The notes under the pieces were generated by a model, which was not told the origin of the DNA, did not search any database, and saw only the letters and a list, made by a program, of their open reading frames with translations. From the NCBI GenBank assembly GCA_029838215.1, contig JALGVI010000057.1:1-18115 (forward strand): DNA of 18,115 bases, read 5' to 3'. Every line of letters starts with the position of its first letter. Position 1 is the stretch's first letter. This DNA comes from Candidatus Helarchaeota archaeon. GTDB lineage: Archaea; Asgardarchaeota; Lokiarchaeia; Helarchaeales; RDOG01. Both the position numbers and the translations under genes were made by a program. Shown in pieces: positions 14,988-18,115 of this stretch.

Positions 14988-16451
14988 ATGACGAAAATTC
15001 ATGATATATCTGCGAGCGTTTGTCTCGAGAAAATGCGATCTCAGGAAATAGCGGTCGAAGAAGTGGTTCATTCCATTTTTTCTAAAATCGAGGAAATAGA
15101 AGACAAGATACGCGGCTACGTGCCGGGAAGCCTGTACAAGGATATTGCACTTAAGAAAGCCAAAGAACTCGATAAAAAAATCAAAAAAGACGGAAAATTG
15201 GGTTCCTTGTGTGGATTACCAATTGCCATAAAAGATTGCATAAACGTGACAGGTACAAGGACAACGTGTGGATCTCACATGCTGGAAAATTACACGTCTC
15301 CATACGATGCAACAGTCATCAGGAAATTAAAAGCCGCCGAAGCGATTATCATTGGCAAGACGAACATGGATGAATTTGCAATGGGAACGAGCACGGAGAA
15401 TAGCTATTTCGGTCCAACGCGTAATCCGTGGGATCTTGAAAGAGTTCCTGGTGGATCGTCGGGTGGATCTGGTGCCGTGGTAGCTGCACGTGAAGCAATG
15501 TTCGCATTGGGAAGCGATACTGGCGGATCTGTCCGTTGTCCTGCGAGTTATTGCGGTATCGTGGGATTGAAGACAACATACGGTCTCGTGTCCCGCTACG
15601 GACTCGTGAGCTATGCTTGTAGCCTCGAACAAATCGCTCCATTAACTCGAACGGTAAAAGATTGCGCGCTCCTACTAAATGTCATTACAGGATACGATCC
15701 ATTGGATAGCACGACCTTGAATCGAGCCGTGCCAAATTATCTCGATGCTCTTGAAACCGATCTTAAAGGCGTTAAGATTGGTCTTCCAAACCAATACTTT
15801 AGCGAAGGCATTGATAAGACCGTCAAAACACGTATTTTAAAAGCGGTTGAAAAACTCGAAGAACTGGGTGCCAAATTCGACACGTTTGATTTTGAACACG
15901 TTGATCATTCTCTTCCATGTTATTACATCATAGCAATGTCTGAAGCCAGTTCAAACTTGGCTCGTTATGATGGAATGAGATATGGGCTTCGTGTTGAAGA
16001 TGATGGCGAATGGAATGAAATTTATTCAAAAAATCGCCAGATAGGGTTTGGTCCAGAGGTCCGAAGGAGAATAATGTTAGGGACATATGCATTATCTTCC
16101 GGTTATTATGACGCCTATTATTTAAAGGCACTTAAAGTTAGAACTCTTTTGAAAAACGATTTTCTCAGGGCATTCAAGGACTTTGATGTCATAATCGGTC
16201 CTACAATGCCGGACGTGGCTTTCAAATTTGGTGAATTGTCCGATCCGCTTTCGATGTATCTGATGGATATTTATACTGTTCCCATTAATCTGGTGGGTCT
16301 TCCTGCAATTTCCATTCCTTGCGGGTTCAAGAATGAGTTGCCCATCGGAATGCAAATAATTGGACGCTTTTTTGAAGAACAAACAATTCTAAACGTTGCA
16401 CACGCTTATGAACAAAACACGCAATTTCACGAGATGAAACCACCAACATGA
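14988..16451 (+). CDS. gatA: Amidotransferase subunit A (amidase signature)
   Basis: PIAIKD, GKTNMDEFAMG, NPWDLERVPGGSSGGS, GSDTGGSVRCPA, SSNLARYDG, GPEVRRRIMLGTYALSSGYYDAYY. Confidence 0.98.
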   Translation: MTKIHDISASVCLEKMRSQEIAVEEVVHSIFSKIEEIEDKIRGYVPGSLYKDIALKKAKELDKKIKKDGKLGSLCGLPIAIKDCINVTGTRTTCGSHMLENYTSPYDATVIRKLKAAEAIIIGKTNMDEFAMGTSTENSYFGPTRNPWDLERVPGGSSGGSGAVVAAREAMFALGSDTGGSVRCPASYCGIVGLKTTYGLVSRYGLVSYACSLEQIAPLTRTVKDCALLLNVITGYDPLDSTTLNRAVPNYLDALETDLKGVKIGLPNQYFSEGIDKTVKTRILKAVEKLEELGAKFDTFDFEHVDHSLPCYYIIAMSEASSNLARYDGMRYGLRVEDDGEWNEIYSKNRQIGFGPEVRRRIMLGTYALSSGYYDAYYLKALKVRTLLKNDFLRAFKDFDVIIGPTMPDVAFKFGELSDPLSMYLMDIYTVPINLVGLPAISIPCGFKNELPIGMQIIGRFFEEQTILNVAHAYEQNTQFHEMKPPT

Positions 16452-16464
16452 AGGAGATTGAAAA

Positions 16465-17934
16465 ATGGCTACTACAAAATCCATGGACGATGTCATAATA
16501 GGATTGGAAATTCACGTCCAAGTAACTCCATTAAAAACAAAATTGTTTTGCGGTTGTGATGCTGATTATCGGGATTCTCCTCCAAATACTCATTTGTGTC
16601 CTGTATGCCTTGGTCTTCCTGGATCACTTCCCGTTCTAAACGAAAAAGCAGTCACTCATGGAATAATGACGGGTCTTGCACTAAATTGCGAAATTCCAGA
16701 AGTGTGTACATTCTATCGTAAAAATTACTACTACCCTGACATGCCCAAAAATTTTCAAATTAGCCAGTATGACAAGGCAGGTGGCGTGACCATTGCAAGT
16801 AGCGGATATTTAAACATTAAACTTAAAAATGAAGACAGACGGGTGGGAATAACTCGAATTCAAATTGAAGAAGATCCCGGAAAATTATCCTATCCCGGTA
16901 CAATTGACAAATCCGCCTACACGTTAATAGATTATAATCGAGCAGGTATTTGCCTGCTAGAAATTGTAACTGACCCTGATTTGCATTCTCCTGAAGAAGC
17001 CCGATTATTTCTCCAAAAACTTCGGGCAATACTTGAGCATCTGGGCATCGAAGTAACAAAGGAAGGGGCAATGCGTTGTGATGCCAATATTTCTTTGCGA
17101 GGCGGAACACGAGTCGAAATCAAGAACATATCAGGTTTTAAAGAAGTCCAACGTGCATTGCAATTTGAGATTAAGCGGCAAAAGCAAATGAAAAAAATGA
17201 AACGCACTGAAACGAAAATGCAAACAAGACACTGGGATGATGAGCGCAGGATGACCATTCTTTTGCGGACGAAAGAAGAAGAACACGATTACCGTTACTT
17301 CCCCGAGCCAGATCTCGTTCGAGTGCGAGTTTCACCTGAGATGCTTGAAGAAATAAAACAAACAATGCCCGAATTACCTGAAGAACGAATGCAACGATTC
17401 ATGAAAGATCACGGTTTATCTGAATATGATGCAGGCGTGTTGACTTCAAGCAAGGCAATGGCTGATTTTTTTGAGAATGCTGTCAAGCTCGGATCAACAC
17501 CAAAAACAATTTGCAATTGGATGATTAATGACGTTCTTAAACACCTCAATCAAGAAAATATCGAGATCAACGAGTCAAAAATCACTCCGAAATTGATAAT
17601 ATCCCTCCTTGACCTGATTGAAAAGGGAACAATTTCCGGGAAAATTGCCAAAAAAATATTAGTGACAATGATCGACACGGGAAAGCAACCTGAAAAGATA
17701 GTCAAGGAATCCGGGTTATTGAGAATATCCGATAGAAGTGAAATCGTTAAATTCGTGGAAAAAGTATTTCAAGAACATCCGGGTCCCGTTCAAGATGCAC
17801 TGACTAACGAAAAAACAATTCGATTCCTGGTAGGACAGGTCATGAAAATGACAAAAGGAAAGGCCGACCCCACGATCACCAACAAGATCATAAAAGAGAA
17901 ACTCGATGAAATCAGGAATTCAAAAGATATTTGA
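16465..17934 (+). CDS. gatB: Amidotransferase subunit B
   Basis: IGLEIHVQ, CPVCLGLPGSLP, RKNYYYPDMPKNFQISQY, EEDPGK, DYNRAG-x2-LLEIVT, RCDANIS, DYRYFPEPDL, and a C-terminal YqeY-like tail (FLVGQVMK-x-TKGKADP). Confidence 0.98.
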   Translation: MATTKSMDDVIIGLEIHVQVTPLKTKLFCGCDADYRDSPPNTHLCPVCLGLPGSLPVLNEKAVTHGIMTGLALNCEIPEVCTFYRKNYYYPDMPKNFQISQYDKAGGVTIASSGYLNIKLKNEDRRVGITRIQIEEDPGKLSYPGTIDKSAYTLIDYNRAGICLLEIVTDPDLHSPEEARLFLQKLRAILEHLGIEVTKEGAMRCDANISLRGGTRVEIKNISGFKEVQRALQFEIKRQKQMKKMKRTETKMQTRHWDDERRMTILLRTKEEEHDYRYFPEPDLVRVRVSPEMLEEIKQTMPELPEERMQRFMKDHGLSEYDAGVLTSSKAMADFFENAVKLGSTPKTICNWMINDVLKHLNQENIEINESKITPKLIISLLDLIEKGTISGKIAKKILVTMIDTGKQPEKIVKESGLLRISDRSEIVKFVEKVFQEHPGPVQDALTNEKTIRFLVGQVMKMTKGKADPTITNKIIKEKLDEIRNSKDI

Positions 17935-17944
17935 ACAAATGACT

Positions 17945-17952
17945 TTTATATA
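17945..17952 (+). promoter_or_regulatory. TATA box of the downstream gene
   Basis: TTTATATA 33 nt upstream of ATG17985. Confidence 0.55.
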
Positions 17953-17984
17953 AACTTCAATGATCATCCTCGGAGCAACCAGAA

Positions 17985-18115
17985 ATGAGTCTTAAAGAAG
18001 ATTATGAAAAATCAAAAAAGGAACTCGAAATCAGAAAGCAGGAATATGAAAAAACAAGGAAAAAATTCAGTGAAATCGAAAAAAAATATAAATCTGTTGA
18101 AAAAGAATACAAAAA
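17985..18115 (+). CDS. 5' end of a charged coiled-coil protein (partial)
   Basis: MSLKEDYEKSKKELEIRKQEYEKTRKKFSEIEKKYKSVEKEYK...; open to the window edge, heptad-like, with a TATA box upstream. Confidence 0.7.
   Translation, partial: MSLKEDYEKSKKELEIRKQEYEKTRKKFSEIEKKYKSVEKEYK

Noticed and set aside
15327-17365. Minus-strand ORFs within gatA and gatB
   Set aside because: Antisense shadows of conserved housekeeping genes.
14664-17934. gatCAB operon as a novelty
   Set aside because: Standard tRNA-dependent amidotransferase in canonical order with intact catalytic motifs.
1-18115. CRISPR arrays, tRNA/rRNA genes, IS elements, selenocysteine recoding
   Set aside because: No regularly spaced repeats, cloverleaf or rRNA motifs, transposase or integrase ORFs, or in-frame TGA splitting a conserved gene were seen by eye. 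A tRNAscan-SE/Infernal run would be needed to exclude small ncRNAs.

Overview
AT-rich archaeal chromosomal window, most consistent with an Asgard archaeon (Loki/Hel-like). This is inferred from the histone sequence type, archaeal TATA and GGTGA-type ribosome-binding signals, and several longin/roadblock-type proteins. Recognisable genes are the 3' end of an Fe-ADH, a TrmB-family regulator, a MaoC-like hotdog protein, an archaeal histone, a full-length L-fucose isomerase (fucI), a 47-aa ribbon-helix-helix gene missed by the ORF track, a GSAM-like class III aminotransferase and gatCAB. The best candidate for something new is 7572-14505. It contains a longin + catalytically dead E2-like (UEV) fusion gene 3 nt upstream of a GG-terminated ubiquitin-like (SAMP/MoaD-type) gene. 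Nearby are a protein with 17-residue coiled-coil repeats ending in a Vps28-CTD-like four-helix bundle, a 781-aa helical protein, two small membrane proteins and a Tubby/LURP-one-like barrel. Together these suggest a non-canonical ESCRT-I-like or UBL-dependent membrane-sorting module. A separate roadblock/longin-like + tandem winged-helix protein resembles the GATOR1 subunit NPRL2. All domain calls are by-eye motif and secondary-structure pattern matches against remembered family consensus; none is a search result. No rRNA, tRNA, CRISPR array or mobile element was seen.
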